A stretch of 64,000 nt of DNA, taken from Tubulanus polymorphus (lineage: Eukaryota > Animalia > Nemertea). The notes under the pieces are model-generated. The model had not been told where the DNA came from. It made no database searches and saw only the letters and a program-made list of their open reading frames with translations. Shown here one piece after another: positions 34,291 to 47,400 of this stretch; position 1 is the first letter of the stretch, and every line of letters starts with the position of its first letter. Location: positions 8,432,001 to 8,496,000 of the forward strand of contig NC_134031.1 of assembly GCF_964204645.1 (NCBI RefSeq). Reading direction: 5' to 3'. Both the position numbers and the translations under genes were made by a program.

Positions 34291-34882
34291 TTATTTTATA
34301 AATTTATATTCATAGGGAAATTGTAATCTCAGTAATAATTTTGAACCTTTATTATTCTTTAATTTATTCATATATTCATCATGTAATTCAGTAGGTATAA
34401 TTTGATTTTCTTCCAATGATTGTTGCATAGATTTTCTATCTTTGTTATAAAATAAAACTAGAAATCTTATATTCTCCCTAAAGTCTTTAACAATTGAATT
34501 ATATTTTTGATTTAAAACCCATGTTGTTATCCCGAAATGTCTCCCAGAGAAAGCCAGATAACATAACTCACTTTCTCTAACTTTTGAATCATGTAAATTT
34601 GCGCAATCATCTACAATGAATAATGTATTTGATCCTTTATAAGTATCAATTGATAAGTATCTATTTTAATACAATTATCTAAATTTTCTTTTACTGTTTT
34701 AGGATTTAATATAATAAACTTTTTTATCTTAACTATATCTCTATTATATGTTTTATTCATTTCATAAGTAGGGCAGAATAATATTATATTATCAAAATGA
34801 TTCTTATAAATAGTTTCTAACAAGTCTAATATGAAATTATTAACATATTATGCGGTTCAAATATAAATAAATCGTTATTCAT
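34291..34882 (-). pseudogene. FtsK/A32-like packaging ATPase, Walker A missing, frameshifted
   Basis: IILFCPT, TLFIVDDC (Walker B), FSGRHFGITTWVLNQKY and FREN. Confidence 0.85.
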
Positions 34883-35970
34883 TTAATTTTTTTAATTTTA
34901 CTAGATAAAATCCATTCATTAAATTTATCATCGTATTCTTTATATTTCACCAAAGAATACTTTTTTCCTTTAAGAGTTTTTGTTTTCAATACTTTTTCTA
35001 TTTTGTATTCTATTTCATCTGGATTTGGTACAAGTGATAATTCTTGTTCATAGAAATAACCTAATATTTCTTCGTCTTTTATATCTTCTTATTTATAAAC
35101 AAATGGTTTAGTTAATATTATCTTTTTAATCTTGAATATTTCTTCGGTAAAATTAGGGGTATAACCTTTATAAAATGTTTTTCTATATTTAGATATTCTT
35201 ACGTGTTGTCCTATTTTAAATTTAGGTTCTCCGAAATCATGTGTAACAAATGCGCCATATAAATTATTCCAAACTATTTCTGAATTATCTTCTTTTCTAG
35301 CTTGTATAGGTTTCATATTTATAGAACTATGTTTAGAATTATTATAACCTTTCACTAAATCATCTAACACATCGATATATTTATATGATTCATTAGCAGT
35401 GAAATATTTCCACATTCAGCTAGTTTTCAATGTTTTATTAAATCTTTCTATAATAGATGCTTTTTTATCTGAATGTGTTGAAAAATATTCTACATCGTTA
35501 TCAGATGATAGTTTTTTAAAATGTTTGTTATAAAATTCCTTACCTTCATCAAATTGTATCTTATCTGGAATAGCTTCTTTAAATATAGATTTAAAAGCAT
35601 TTGTAACTTCTATACCAGTTTTATTTTTGACTGGAATTGACCATGCGTATCTACTGAATATGTCTATAACATTTAATATCCAGAAATATCCTTTGTTGTA
35701 TTCTTCTAAGTTCTTCATGTCAATTAAATCTGCTTGCCATTGTTGATCGATATATGAAACCATAACTTTTCTTGTTAAATAAGTTTTATCCATTTTCTTG
35801 TGGATTTGATATGTTGGTTGATTTTGTAACCATGATTTTAATTCACTATATTTTATATTACCATTTTCCTTATCAGATTTAATTTCATTCCATAATTCTG
35901 AAACGCTAGAATATGATACTTCACTTTCTGGGTTATAATATAAATCTCTTAAATATTGTTCTTTTTTCAT
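34879..35970 (-). pseudogene. Retroviral-like (rve) integrase with C-terminal chromodomain; frameshift near 35416 and stop at 35089
   Basis: YYNP, QWQADLIDM, IDIFSRYAW, QFDEGKEF, KASIIERFNKTLK, KGYTPNFTEEIF and YSLVKYKEYDDKFNEW. Confidence 0.93.
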
Positions 35971-35976
35971 CTTATT

Positions 35977-36336
35977 TTAATCCATTAATAATAATCTTGG
36001 TTTATTTTCAATGACTTTATCATTTGATTTATTTTCTGGTATAATAGGTTTATTGTCATTGGAATCATCTTTATCATTAGATTTGAATTTTGATTTATAT
36101 ATTACACCGGATAATATAATAACGGTTACTAATCCAATTGTAATATATAATTTATAATTACTTCCAGCATTAGAAGAATCAGATGGATTATTATTCGAAT
36201 CAATATCAGGTGATTCATTTATATCAGTTAATTTCTTTTTCTTAGCTTTTTTTAATTCTGAAGATCTTTTACCTAATTTTCTTGCCCATTTAATTTGTTT
36301 CTCTGATCTAGCCTTTTTCTTAACTCCATCACTCAT
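35977..36336 (-). CDS. Basic protein with a single TM segment (119 aa)
   Basis: Lys/Arg-rich N-terminus; LYITIGLVTVIILSGVIY. Confidence 0.65.
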   Translation of the reverse strand: MSDGVKKKARSEKQIKWARKLGKRSSELKKAKKKKLTDINESPDIDSNNNPSDSSNAGSNYKLYITIGLVTVIILSGVIYKSKFKSNDKDDSNDNKPIIPENKSNDKVIENKPRLLLMD

Positions 36337-36931
36337 TTATTTTAGTTAATTTTTGTTCTGATTCATTTTCTGTTTCGACGTTTGGTTGTAGTACATCTGT
36401 TTCATTCTTACCTGATTTACATTCCATAGGCTTGATGTTCGAAAATGTTATGACACCAGTAGAAATTAATGTCATAACCGATCCTAATTGGAATGAAGCG
36501 TAACCAACCCATTTTTGTAATTCAGTCATAACTAAGTAGTCATTTTTCAAATCACTATATAATTTATTTTCATCATCAATTGGTATTAACTGGTTACATA
36601 ACTTAGAATAACATTTGACAATACCATCTGAAATAGTATCATTTATTCTAGCTAATCTAGCTTCTTCATAAATCTTAAAATATTTTATTACTTTATCTGG
36701 TTTCATAGCATCTAATTCTTGAAAAGTTATTATTTTTCCCAAGAAATCCTTAGTTTTTCCACCGGCAATCAATAGTTCTAGATGATGCGTACAATATAAG
36801 TAGTGTTCATAATCAATATTGTTATTAACTTGAATAGAATTAGAAACAACTGGATCCTTATTATCACTAATGCCCAAATCATCTAATGTTTTTTCAATAT
36901 CAATACTATTCTTACTTGATTTCTTTGACAT
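36329..36931 (-). CDS. Polinton hypothetical protein (200 aa)
   Basis: Intact ORF, TAAATG start, hydrophobic segment near the C-terminus. Confidence 0.7.
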   Translation of the reverse strand: MSKKSSKNSIDIEKTLDDLGISDNKDPVVSNSIQVNNNIDYEHYLYCTHHLELLIAGGKTKDFLGKIITFQELDAMKPDKVIKYFKIYEEARLARINDTISDGIVKCYSKLCNQLIPIDDENKLYSDLKNDYLVMTELQKWVGYASFQLGSVMTLISTGVITFSNIKPMECKSGKNETDVLQPNVETENESEQKLTKINE

Positions 36932-38086
36932 TTATATTAGAGAAATTTAATAAGAAAAATATTATAAGTATTCTTCAAATGATACTAGTATCTCTTTAGA
37001 TTAATACTAGCTTAGTTAAAGGTAAAGAATTTTAGTATTAGTTATTGTTTTTTTAGTATTTTTTATTTGTGATATAAAGTATTCTTTTGAAAAGAAAATA
37101 TTAAAAAAACAATAACTAATACTAGCTAGTTGAAGATATGTAATTTTAAATACTTTTTATTTAAGTTAGCATTTAGATTATCTCACTACTATTGTTTATC
37201 TATAGGAGCAGTAATTATAACTGTCCAGATAAGTCATTTCGGATTCTTGATAATAAATCCTAAAACTGAAAATAAATTCAAAAGAAACGACTGGTGGAAA
37301 TACTATTTCATAAACACACATATATTTTATTCTACAATCATTATCGATTTCCACATTCTAAGCCGCTCCTGAGAGGAGCGGTAAGTTATGCGTGGAATGC
37401 AGGAATCAATAAAGTACAATACAACATCTGTCACTGTGTGTCATTAACAACAGCTTAATGACGCAATTGAAATTCCGGCAAACGTAATGCATTGGAAGCC
37501 TATACAGTATGGCTAAACTGCTACAGTCTCATGAGTTGAAATATCCATTATTTCTGATTCCACATCAATCTATCTTCACTTTCTTGATTCAATGGTCTTC
37601 ATTTTGTTATCTAAAAGATAAATATCTAACGTAGAATAAAACTAACTTGAAGTTGTAGTTGTAAAATATTAATTACAGCACTTAAACATGACTATTTGTG
37701 GCGCATCTTACCAGGATAAGTTTTACATGTTTAACGTTTCCCAACGCCTTAATAACAACAAAAACAGTACTTACATTTATAACTGTAAACTCCTAAAATT
37801 GTGTTTATAGAGGGAATATCCTATACGTTCCTATGCTTATGTGCTGCGCGTTTATAACTGGCAGTTATTCACTAGCTAAACACTGTCTGTGCAACAGATG
37901 TTCCTTCCTTTGTAATATAATTGATTAATCCTTTTCAACTGAAATAGAACATTCGATCAATATTCAAATGAGGTGCGCCCCATTCAACTGAATATGAAAT
38001 ATGGCACAGATGTTTTTGTAAACAACCTAATATAATTACATACAGGCGGTTTGACATAGATCGAGAATAACCGGTTTTCTAAGCGT

Positions 38087-38742
38087 TTAACATTCAACGT
38101 ATTTTTCATTATGTGTTGAGTTCCATAATTCAACAAATGTCTTTGCTTTATCCAGTTGATCTAAATATAATTTCATATCTAGTTTGTTAGATTTAATTAT
38201 ATTTTCTTTTTTTCTAAAGGCCTTAAATTTCTCCAGTTCCAGATTAGCTTCTTATTATAATCATTACTCATGTCAAATTTAGAAATCGGCAACACGTGAT
38301 CAATATGAAAGTATTCACCATAATTATCTATATTCATTTTATCATCGAATTGATATATTATCCATGATATGAAAAATTCATCTGAACAACCCAATAGATT
38401 AGATAGTGTTTCTGAATGTGTTTCTTTGTTGAATAATTGTGTTAATCTAGATCTTAAGCATTGTTTCAATCTAAAATTAAGATCTGTTTGATATCTTTCT
38501 CTCATATATTCTGTCATATAATCATTGTAAGCTTCTCTATTATCTTCTCGATATTGTTTGGTATATAGTTTAGTACAAGTTTTACAGCAATATTGAAAAC
38601 CATCTTTGCTAATCTTACGCTTACTAAATTCTGTCAAAGCTAATTTATCTAATTCACATTTAGAACACTTCTTGTAGTATATATTTATAACACCACCAGT
38701 GTTATTTGTAATATTGATAGTTTGTGGTTGTTCTGATTCCAT
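38087..38742 (-). pseudogene. Zn-finger + HNH/endonuclease VII-like protein of giant-virus type, frameshift near 38197
   Basis: CSKC...DG....CKTC, LRSRL, LLGCS, NYGEYFHIDHVLPISKFD and WRNLRPL. Confidence 0.75.
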
Positions 38743-38764
38743 TTATTATACATATTTTTCTACT

Positions 38765-39289
38765 AAATTGATTTTAGAAGTTCAATGATTTATATCATGC
38801 ATTATTTCAATCACACTTTACTAACACTTTAAATGTTTAAACATCTAACTAACACAAATATGAATATTGAAATAATGTTGTAAATATATACTTTTATATT
38901 GAATAATCTGACAATTTAAATGTTATTCATTTACATGAATATTTTAAGAGTAATAGGGATAATAGGCTTTCAGGTTAAAGGTTGAATGGTCGAGTTCATT
39001 AATAACAAATATTAAAAGTAATTTAAAACTATAATATATTTTCATAACCGTGTGTATTTCAGTTGAATAATAGAATAATTATTATTATTTGAATATATTT
39101 GTTATATATTATTATTTGAATATATTATGCTTTTTAAATTATTGATATCTTAGAATAAATATTTAGTTATAATATAAAATACACACGGTTATGAAAATAT
39201 ATTATAGTTTTAAATTACTTTTAATGTTTTGTTTTTTAATGAGCTCGACCGTTCGACCTTTGATCTGAATGCCTATTATCCCTATTACT
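38765..39289 (-). repeat. Polinton right TIR
   Basis: Inverted copy of 21467-21991. Confidence 0.93.
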
Positions 39290-39295
39290 GTCAAC

Positions 39296-40180
39296 ATTCC
39301 TAGATACGAATGACATTACAAGTAAGCCCAGGCTGGCTTTAGATCGAAATATTCCATCATTAATCATATTTACACGCTTAAAACAATCGTAGAGCTGCAT
39401 CTTTGTCAGGGAAGAAGACTTTTTGCGCCTTTGTTGATTTTAAGAAAGCTTTCGACTCGATTTGTAGGGTAACGTTATGGCGAAAATTAATTGCTAACAG
39501 TGTTAATGGAAACTTTTTCAATGTGGTCAAAAATATGTATAATTCCATAAAATCATGTGTTAAATTTAATGGTTGCACGTCACAATACTTTGCAGCTGAT
39601 AGAGGCTTAAGGCAAAAATCTCTCATCTATCCTCTTTTCGTTATTCTTAAACGACACTGAATAATTTTTCATTGAACGCGGAAAACCGACATTGTCATTT
39701 ATTGAAAAACTAAATTTGAATCGTGACCAGGATATTGATACTTTACTGAATTTATTCATAATACTATACGCAGATGATACAGTTATTCTTGCTGAGGATG
39801 AGAAATCTCTTCAGCTACACTTAGATACCTTATTTGAATATTGTGCCGCTAATGGTCTCACTGTTATCTCAGAGAAAACTAAAGTACTAGTATTTGCGCG
39901 AAGTAAATCCCGAGTAAAAAACATTTCGAAATTTATGTTTGGTGATCAAGAGTTAGAGGTAGTTGAAGATTATGTTTATCTCGGAGTAAAATTTAAATGG
40001 TAAAATGGTAGAGTTTGGAATGGTAACTCTGCTAAGGCAAAAAAGTATCTTTACGATAAAGCTATGAGAGCTATGTTTTCGATCGTTCAAAAAGGCAGAC
40101 GTTTGAAATTGCCCATAGATGTTATGTTTAAATTATTTGATATGTGTGTTGCTCCAATAGCCATGTATGGGTGTGAGATC
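39296..40180 (+). pseudogene. LINE ORF2 RT continuation
   Basis: QAGFRSKYS, FCAFVDFKKAFDSI, LYADDT, KTKVLVF, YVYLGV and MYGCEI; resumes directly after the Polinton TSD. Confidence 0.9.
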
Positions 40181-40584
40181 ACGTACGCGGTTAACCTGTG
40201 GAGATCACCGTACAGTCACGTGCGGTTAACAACTACGTACTTAAAATGGTATTGGCTTCTATATAATAGGCCTATAGACAAATAAATACCGGTAGGCTTT
40301 CTTATAATCTTAGCTTCCACACTTCACAACCGAACCAACTGACCAACCAGTATATTTAGTCCCAGTACGCACCAACCGGCACAGGCCTAACACTGTTTGT
40401 CAACTGTGTGTACCGTTGTAGGCCATCGATAATCACCTGATACTTTTCTGTCGTTTGTTTTCTCTCTGAGACGAAGACGAACGTAATTCTAGGCAAAAGG
40501 TAGAAAGTTTCTAATGTCCGATCGACAGTACCGGTAGCGCCGCTACTTAGCAATAATAAGAACTAATGTTATTGACGATGTTTT

Positions 40585-40800
40585 GTTAAGTGGAAAGACG
40601 CCGAGTACCAGTATATATCCGATAGGTTCGAATCCCCAATTTCTTCGGGATGATTTGATTTTAAAATAGCGATCGTTTTAATAGATTTGGTGTACCTTAT
40701 TAAACTTACCCACCGTCAACACACCTGCCGGATGTGAAACAGGGGACGTCCTATTCCAATGACGCTAAAGATTTTGTGTGAATTTTATGGTACTGTAACG
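40585..40800 (+). mobile_element. Possible tRNA-derived SINE remnant
   Basis: B-box-like GGTTCGAATCC at ~40625 with an A-box-like sequence upstream; no cloverleaf. Confidence 0.35.
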
Positions 40801-42998
40801 GCGGTATGAATTAAATTCAGCTTAGACTGAGAGTAAAGTATTTTAAGGCAAACTCTAATGGGCTAACTGCACATCGTCGAAAGACTTCTCATCCATCGAT
40901 ACTTGATAAAAATGAAATAAAACATCTAGTTCCAATTATCTCATGTAAGCATAACATTTATTTTGAAAATCTCAACCATACATCAAAACATTTTAAAGCC
41001 TTCTATATCAGATTCAATCTTTTGCTAACATAAACAATAGACAAATGGCCATATCTCTATCATATTAATTATATCACGAATGCTAAATATTGCGATATTA
41101 ATTGAAATCGTTCAACCAACAAATGAATTTAGTTAACATAATATCATCACAAACCATTCATATCCTTGGCAAAGGACTTATAAGCTTTTAGAATATCCAA
41201 ACAGGAAAACTTTAGTCTCATTTCTATGCGAGTAGAAATACATTATCATTATCTTTGCATTATATATAACATCCATATCTGTGCATTATATATATGTTTA
41301 TAATGTCATATCTCTTAATAATAATCAATCCAATAATTAGGTTAATAATACAAATTTATTTATAAATTAATAATTGGTAATTAAACTATCAACTCTGCTA
41401 TAATTGAGTTACACATGAGGTAAAAAAATTATGACATAAAAACTCCTGTCAGAGTAATAGAAGTAACTGTCTAATACATGAAATAACACATTTTATACAA
41501 TGAACTGAGCTCTGAATCTGATGAAAATATTCAATCTGAGATCTTACGAATGATGTTATTTTAGCCCTCTACTTCTGAAAACTGAATAGCGCGCTGTGAA
41601 CTTCAACTTCAAAACAAATTTGTTGAACAGCAGTGTATCGAAAAACTGTACGTACAGTGTACCGCGAACTGAACGCGGCGTCTTCTCACTTAGAAAATTA
41701 TCGACTTGACAGATTAGTTCGATTTTCGACCGCAGCGGCGCTATACGACATTGGACAAAAGAAACATTCTACCTTTTGCTAATTCTAGTAGCCTTCCGCG
41801 ACTCAACGACCTTGATTTAAACTTGATCAGTTCAAAGTCTGTTTATTGACGCTTTTGGTTACATGAACTGATCAGCAATATACTTAAATAAAATAATCGG
41901 AATAACAAGAAATCAAAAATATTAAAGAGGTAACAAACAAATGCCCGTAAACCTGTCAGACACGCGAACGCCGGACTCGTAAACTCTTGGACTCGGACCC
42001 GCTGAGCAATAAATTCATAAAATTGACTTTGAAATTGATTGTGGAGAAGAGAGGGAATAATTCGATAGCTCTTCCTCGAAAAGAAGAGAGAAATATCGGT
42101 AAGAAAACACAACATGGCTACTAATTGAATGGAGCCAAATTTCCGATGTTTACGGCTCGACAGTGCCTATAACGTGGATTTATCAAAATTCCCATGCAGT
42201 ATCTGGAGATTGAAGTGAGCTGAAGGACATCATACGGATTGTATCGGCGACAGCGGTAAGGTAAGGAAGCCTTTACACTTTTAACAAAAACTATGTGGAA
42301 AAGGGAAAAAAAATAATAAATATAGCTGCAAAGCAGCGATAACGGGTTTTCTGCACAGTCTTAGAATCCTGTTCAACGGTGGATTTCGACAAAGCATTTG
42401 ATAAGGCTCAACATCAGCCATTACTAAACAGGCTATTAGGAAACAGTATCAATGATAGGTCGCCCAAATGGCTCAGCAGTTATCTCTGAACGGAAACTTG
42501 TAACCGAAATCAACGGAACGCCTCATCTTGGAATGAGACGGTCTAACTAGTGGAGTCACGCAAGGTAGTATCCTAAGTCGTCTTCTGTTTAATCTCCTGA
42601 CAAATGACATACACAGTAATCCAAAATATACCAGACCGAGTAAATTTCCAAAACGACCTTAACACACTGTTCGACCAAAAAACTTAATGTTCCGACAAAA
42701 CCACGGGCGACAAAACCAAAATTATGAATTGTCGCGGGTGACAAAACCAAAATATTGAATTGTCACGGGTGACAAAACAAAAATAATGAATTGTCGCGGG
42801 CGATAAAACCAAAATAATGAATTGTCGCGGGCGATAAAACCACAATAATGAATTGTCGCGGGCGTTAAAACCAAAATATTGAATCGTCGCGGGCGATAAA
42901 ACCAAAATAATGAATTGTCGCGGACGGCAAAATCAAAATAATGAATTGTTGCGTGCGACAAAACTAAAATAATGAATTGTCGCGGGCGACAAAACCAA

Positions 42999-44403
42999 AC
43001 TAGGGGTCCAGGGACACCATGCTCACTTGGGAAGTGGTTTCAAATGCTCAACTATCTAACAATTTAAATACATAACGCCCTCTAGTGACCATATACAAAA
43101 ACCAATGACCTTGAAACCCACCACAATCATAGAACATGTGAGCAGCTTTGATTTTGTAATCGATTGTGATAACAAAATATGCCTCGTTACCAATTTAATA
43201 TGGAAATACTAAGTTATTCTACTATTCAACGCCCTCTGGTGACCATATGCAAAACCCAATGACCTTAAAACTCACCACAATCGTAGTACATGTCATGAAA
43301 TACAATTTTGCAATTGATCATAGTAACAAAATATGCCTAGGTACCAATCTAATAAGGAAATACTAAGCCATTCTACTATTCAGCGCCCCCTGGTGACTAT
43401 ATGGAATAACTAATGTCCTTAAAAACTCACCACAATCATAGACGATGTCATGAACTACATCTTAACAATGGATCATGGTAACAAACTATGCCTAGGTACC
43501 AATCTAATAAGGAAAAACTAAGCTTTTCTACTATTCAACGCCCCCTGGTGACTATATGAAATAACTAATGTCCTTAAAAACTCACCACAATCATAGACGA
43601 TGTCATGAACTACAACTTTGCAATTGATCATGGTAACAAAATATGCCTTGGTACAAATATAATATAGCGATACTAAGTTATTGTATTATTCAACGCCCCC
43701 TGATGGCCACATACAAAAACCAATGACCTTGAAACTCACCAAAATCATAGAACACGTTATGGGCTACAACTTTCCAATTGAATATAGTAACACAATATGC
43801 TTAGGTATCAATTTAATGTGGAAAAACTTTTTCCCACCTACGAATGAGTACTGATGACACCAAGATGGCCGCCAATTGCGTCATAATTGTCTGATCAAAA
43901 AACCTGTCCCAGGTATAAAACATCCCTCTCTAAAGAATACCCATCAGCAATTGCAATGAGAAATGGCAAACCAGTAGGAAGCTACAGGACCTAGAATTCT
44001 GGCCAAAATTGACATTTTTGGGCACTAAAAAGGTCATAGGACGGCCATCTTGAGTCAGATCGACCCAATTTTCTTATGCTGATGGGCCTTTGGTAGATTC
44101 AAATATAAACGAAAGATCAAGGTAATTGATCAAAGCGTCTTCAAAATTTCCCGAAGAAAACTTCGAAAATGTGCTGATTATGGCAAACAACAATGGCTGC
44201 CAGTCGACCATCTTGAATCTGACAGGGCCAGTTTTTGGGCTGACGATATGTCTAGGGTAGATACATGTATAAACCAAATATCAAGACATTACCTTGAAGC
44301 GTCTTCAAAACTTCCCGAAATAACTGGATTCCGTCTATGGACGGACGGACGGACGAAAAGTGAACGCAAATAGCCCGCTGGGACTAAAGTCCCAAGTGGA
44401 CTG
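42999..44403 (+). mobile_element. HINE-A complete copy inserted in an A-run of the satellite
   Basis: About five ~154-bp repeats, (GGAC)n microsatellite at ~44339-44355, terminal hairpin GGGACT-AA-AGTCCC, no TSD. Confidence 0.8.
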
Positions 44404-47400
44404 AAAAAGAATTGTCGCGGGCGACAAAACCAAACTAATGAATTGTCGCGGGTGATAAAACGAAAATATTGAATTGTCACGGGCGACAAAACCAAACTAA
44501 TGAATTGTCGGGGGCGATAAAACCAAACTATGAATTGTCGCGGGCGATAAAACAAAAATATTGAATTGTCGCGGGTGATAAAACCAAAATATTGAATTGT
44601 CGCGGTCGACAAAACCAAACTAATGAATTGTCGCGGGCGATAAAACCAAACTATGAATTGTCGCGGGCGATAAAACCAAAATAATGAATTGTCTCGGGCG
44701 ACAAAAACATAATATTTAATTGTCACGTGCGATAAAACAAAAATAATGAATTTTCGCGGGCGACAAAACCAAAATAATGAATTGTCGCGGGCGACAAAAC
44801 CAAAATAATGAATTGTTGCGGGCGATAAAACCAAAATAATGATTTGTCGTGGGCGACAAAACCAAAATATTGAATTATCGCGGGCGACTAAAAAAAATAA
44901 AACCAAAATAATGAATTGTCGCGGGCGACAAAAACAAAATATAAAACCAAAATAATGAATTGTCGCGGGCGACAAAACCAAAATAATGAATTGTCGCTGG
45001 AGATAGAACCAAAGTAATGAATTGTCGCGGGCGATAAAACCAAAGTATTGAATTGTCGCGGGAGACAAAACCAAACTAATGAATTGTCGCGGGCGACAAA
45101 ACCAAAAAAGAATTGTCGGGGTGACAAAACCAAAATAATGAATTGTCGCGGGCGATAAAACCAAAATAATGAATTGTCGCTGGCGATAAAACCAAAATGG
45201 TGAATTGTCGTGGGCGACAAAACCAAAATAATGAATTGTCGTGGGCGATAAAACCAAAATAATGAATTGTCGCCGGCGATAAAACCAAAATAATGAATTG
45301 TCTCGGGCGACACAACCAAAATAATGAATTGTCGCGGGCGATAAAACCAAAAAAATGAATTATCGCGGGCGATAAAACCAAAATAATGAATTGTCGCGGG
45401 CGACAAAAACAAAATATTGAATTGTCGCTGGAGATAAAACCAAAGTAATGAATTGTCGCGGGCGATAAAACCAAAATATTGAATTGTCGCGGGCGACAAA
45501 AACAAAATATTGAATTGTCGCGGGCGACAAAACCAAACTAATGAATTGTCGCGGGCGACAAAACCAAAAAAAGAATTGTCGCGGGCGACAAAACCAAAAT
45601 GGTGAATTGTCGCGGGCAACAAAACCAAAAAAAAATTGTCGCGGACGACAAAAACAAAATATTTAAAAAAAATAATGAATTGTCTCGGGCGACAAAACCA
45701 AAAAGAAGAATTGTCGCGGGCGACAAAACCAAAATAATGAATTGTCGCTGGAGATAAAACCAAAGAAACGAATTGTCGCGGGCGATAAAACCAAAATATT
45801 GAATTGTCGCGGGCGACAAAACCAAACTAATGAATTGTCGCGGGCGACAAAACCAAAAAAAAGAATTGTCGGGGCGACAAAACCAAAATAATGAATTGTC
45901 GCGGGCGATAAAACCAAAATATTGAATTGTCGCGGGAGACAAAACCAAACTAATGAATTGTCGCGGGCGACAAAACCAAAAAAGAATTGTCGGGGTGACA
46001 AAACCAAAATAATGAATTGTCGCGGGCGATAAAACCAAAATAATGAATTGTCGCTGGCGATAAAACCAAAATGGTGAATTGTCTCGGGCGACAAAACCAA
46101 AAAGAAGAATTGTCGCGGGCGACAAAACCAAAATAATGAATTGTCGCTGGAGATAAAACCAAAGAAACGAATTGTCGGGGTGACAAAACCAAAATAATGA
46201 ATTGTCGCGGGCGATAAAACCAAAATAATGAATTGTCGCTGGCGATAAAACCAAAATGGTGAATTGTCGTGGGCGACAAAACCAAAATAATGAATTGTCG
46301 TGGGCGATAAAACCAAAATAATGAATTGTCGCCGGCGATAAAACCAAAATAATGAATTGTCTCGGGCGACACAACCAAAATAATGAATTGTCGCGGGCGA
46401 TAAAACCAAAATAATGAATTATCACGGGCGATAAAACCAAAATATTGAATTGTCGCGGGTGATTAAACCAAAATAATGAATTGTCGCGGGCGACAAAAAC
46501 AAAATATTGAATTGTCGCGGGCGACAAAACCGAACTAATGAATTGTCGCGGGCGACAAAACCAAAAAAAAATTGTCGCGGGGGACAAAACCAAAATAATG
46601 AATTGTCGCTGGAGATAAAACCAAAGTAATGAATTGTCGCGGGCGATAAAACCAAAATATTGAATTGTCGCGGGCGACAAAAACAAAATATTGAATTGTC
46701 GCGGGCGACAAAACCAAACTAATGAATTGTCGCGGGCGACAAAACCAAAAAAAGAATTGTCGCGGGCGACAAAACCAAAATGGTGAATTGTCGCGGGCAA
46801 CAAAACCAAAAAAAAATTGTCGCGGACGACAAAAACAAAATATTTAAAAAAAATAATGAATTGTCTCGGGCGACAAAACCAAAAAGAAGAATTGTCGCGG
46901 GCGACAAAACCAAAATAATGAATTGTCGCTGGAGATAAAACCAAAGAAACGAATTGTCGCGGGCGATAAAACCAAAATATTGAATTGTCGCGGGCGACAA
47001 AAACCAAACTAATGAATTGTCGCGGGCGACAAAACCAAAAAAAAAGAATTGTCGGGGCGACAAAACCAAAATAATGAATTGTCGCGGGCGATAAAACCAA
47101 AATATTGAATTGTCGCGGGAGACAAAACCAAACTAATGAATTGTCGCGGGCGACAAAACCAAAAAAGAATTGTCGGGGTGACAAAACCAAAATAATGAAT
47201 TGTCGCGGGCGATAAAACCAAAATAATGAATTGTCGCTGGCGATAAAACCAAAATGGTGAATTGTCTCGGGCGACAAAACCAAAAAGAAGAATTGTCGCG
47301 GGCGACAAAACCAAAATAATGAATTGTCGCTGGAGATAAAACCAAAGAAACGAATTGTCGCGGGCGATAAAACCAAAATATTGAATTGTCGCGGGCGACA

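Larger units (their letters stand above)
21467..39289. mobile_element. Polinton/Maverick (group-2-type pPolB), full length 17,823 bp, partly decayed
   Basis: AGT...ACT termini; 6-bp TSD GTCAAC (21461-21466 and 39290-39295); ~525-bp TIRs; pPolB, capsid proteins, ATPase and integrase; very AT-rich. Confidence 0.97.
17463..40180 (+). mobile_element. CR1/L2-group LINE, decayed, 3' end missing, interrupted by a truncated LINE and the Polinton
   Basis: ORF1 plus ORF2 (APE and RT) halves on either side of the Polinton; 5' boundary approximate, placed at CAAGATGGCGGC (YY1-like site). Confidence 0.8.
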
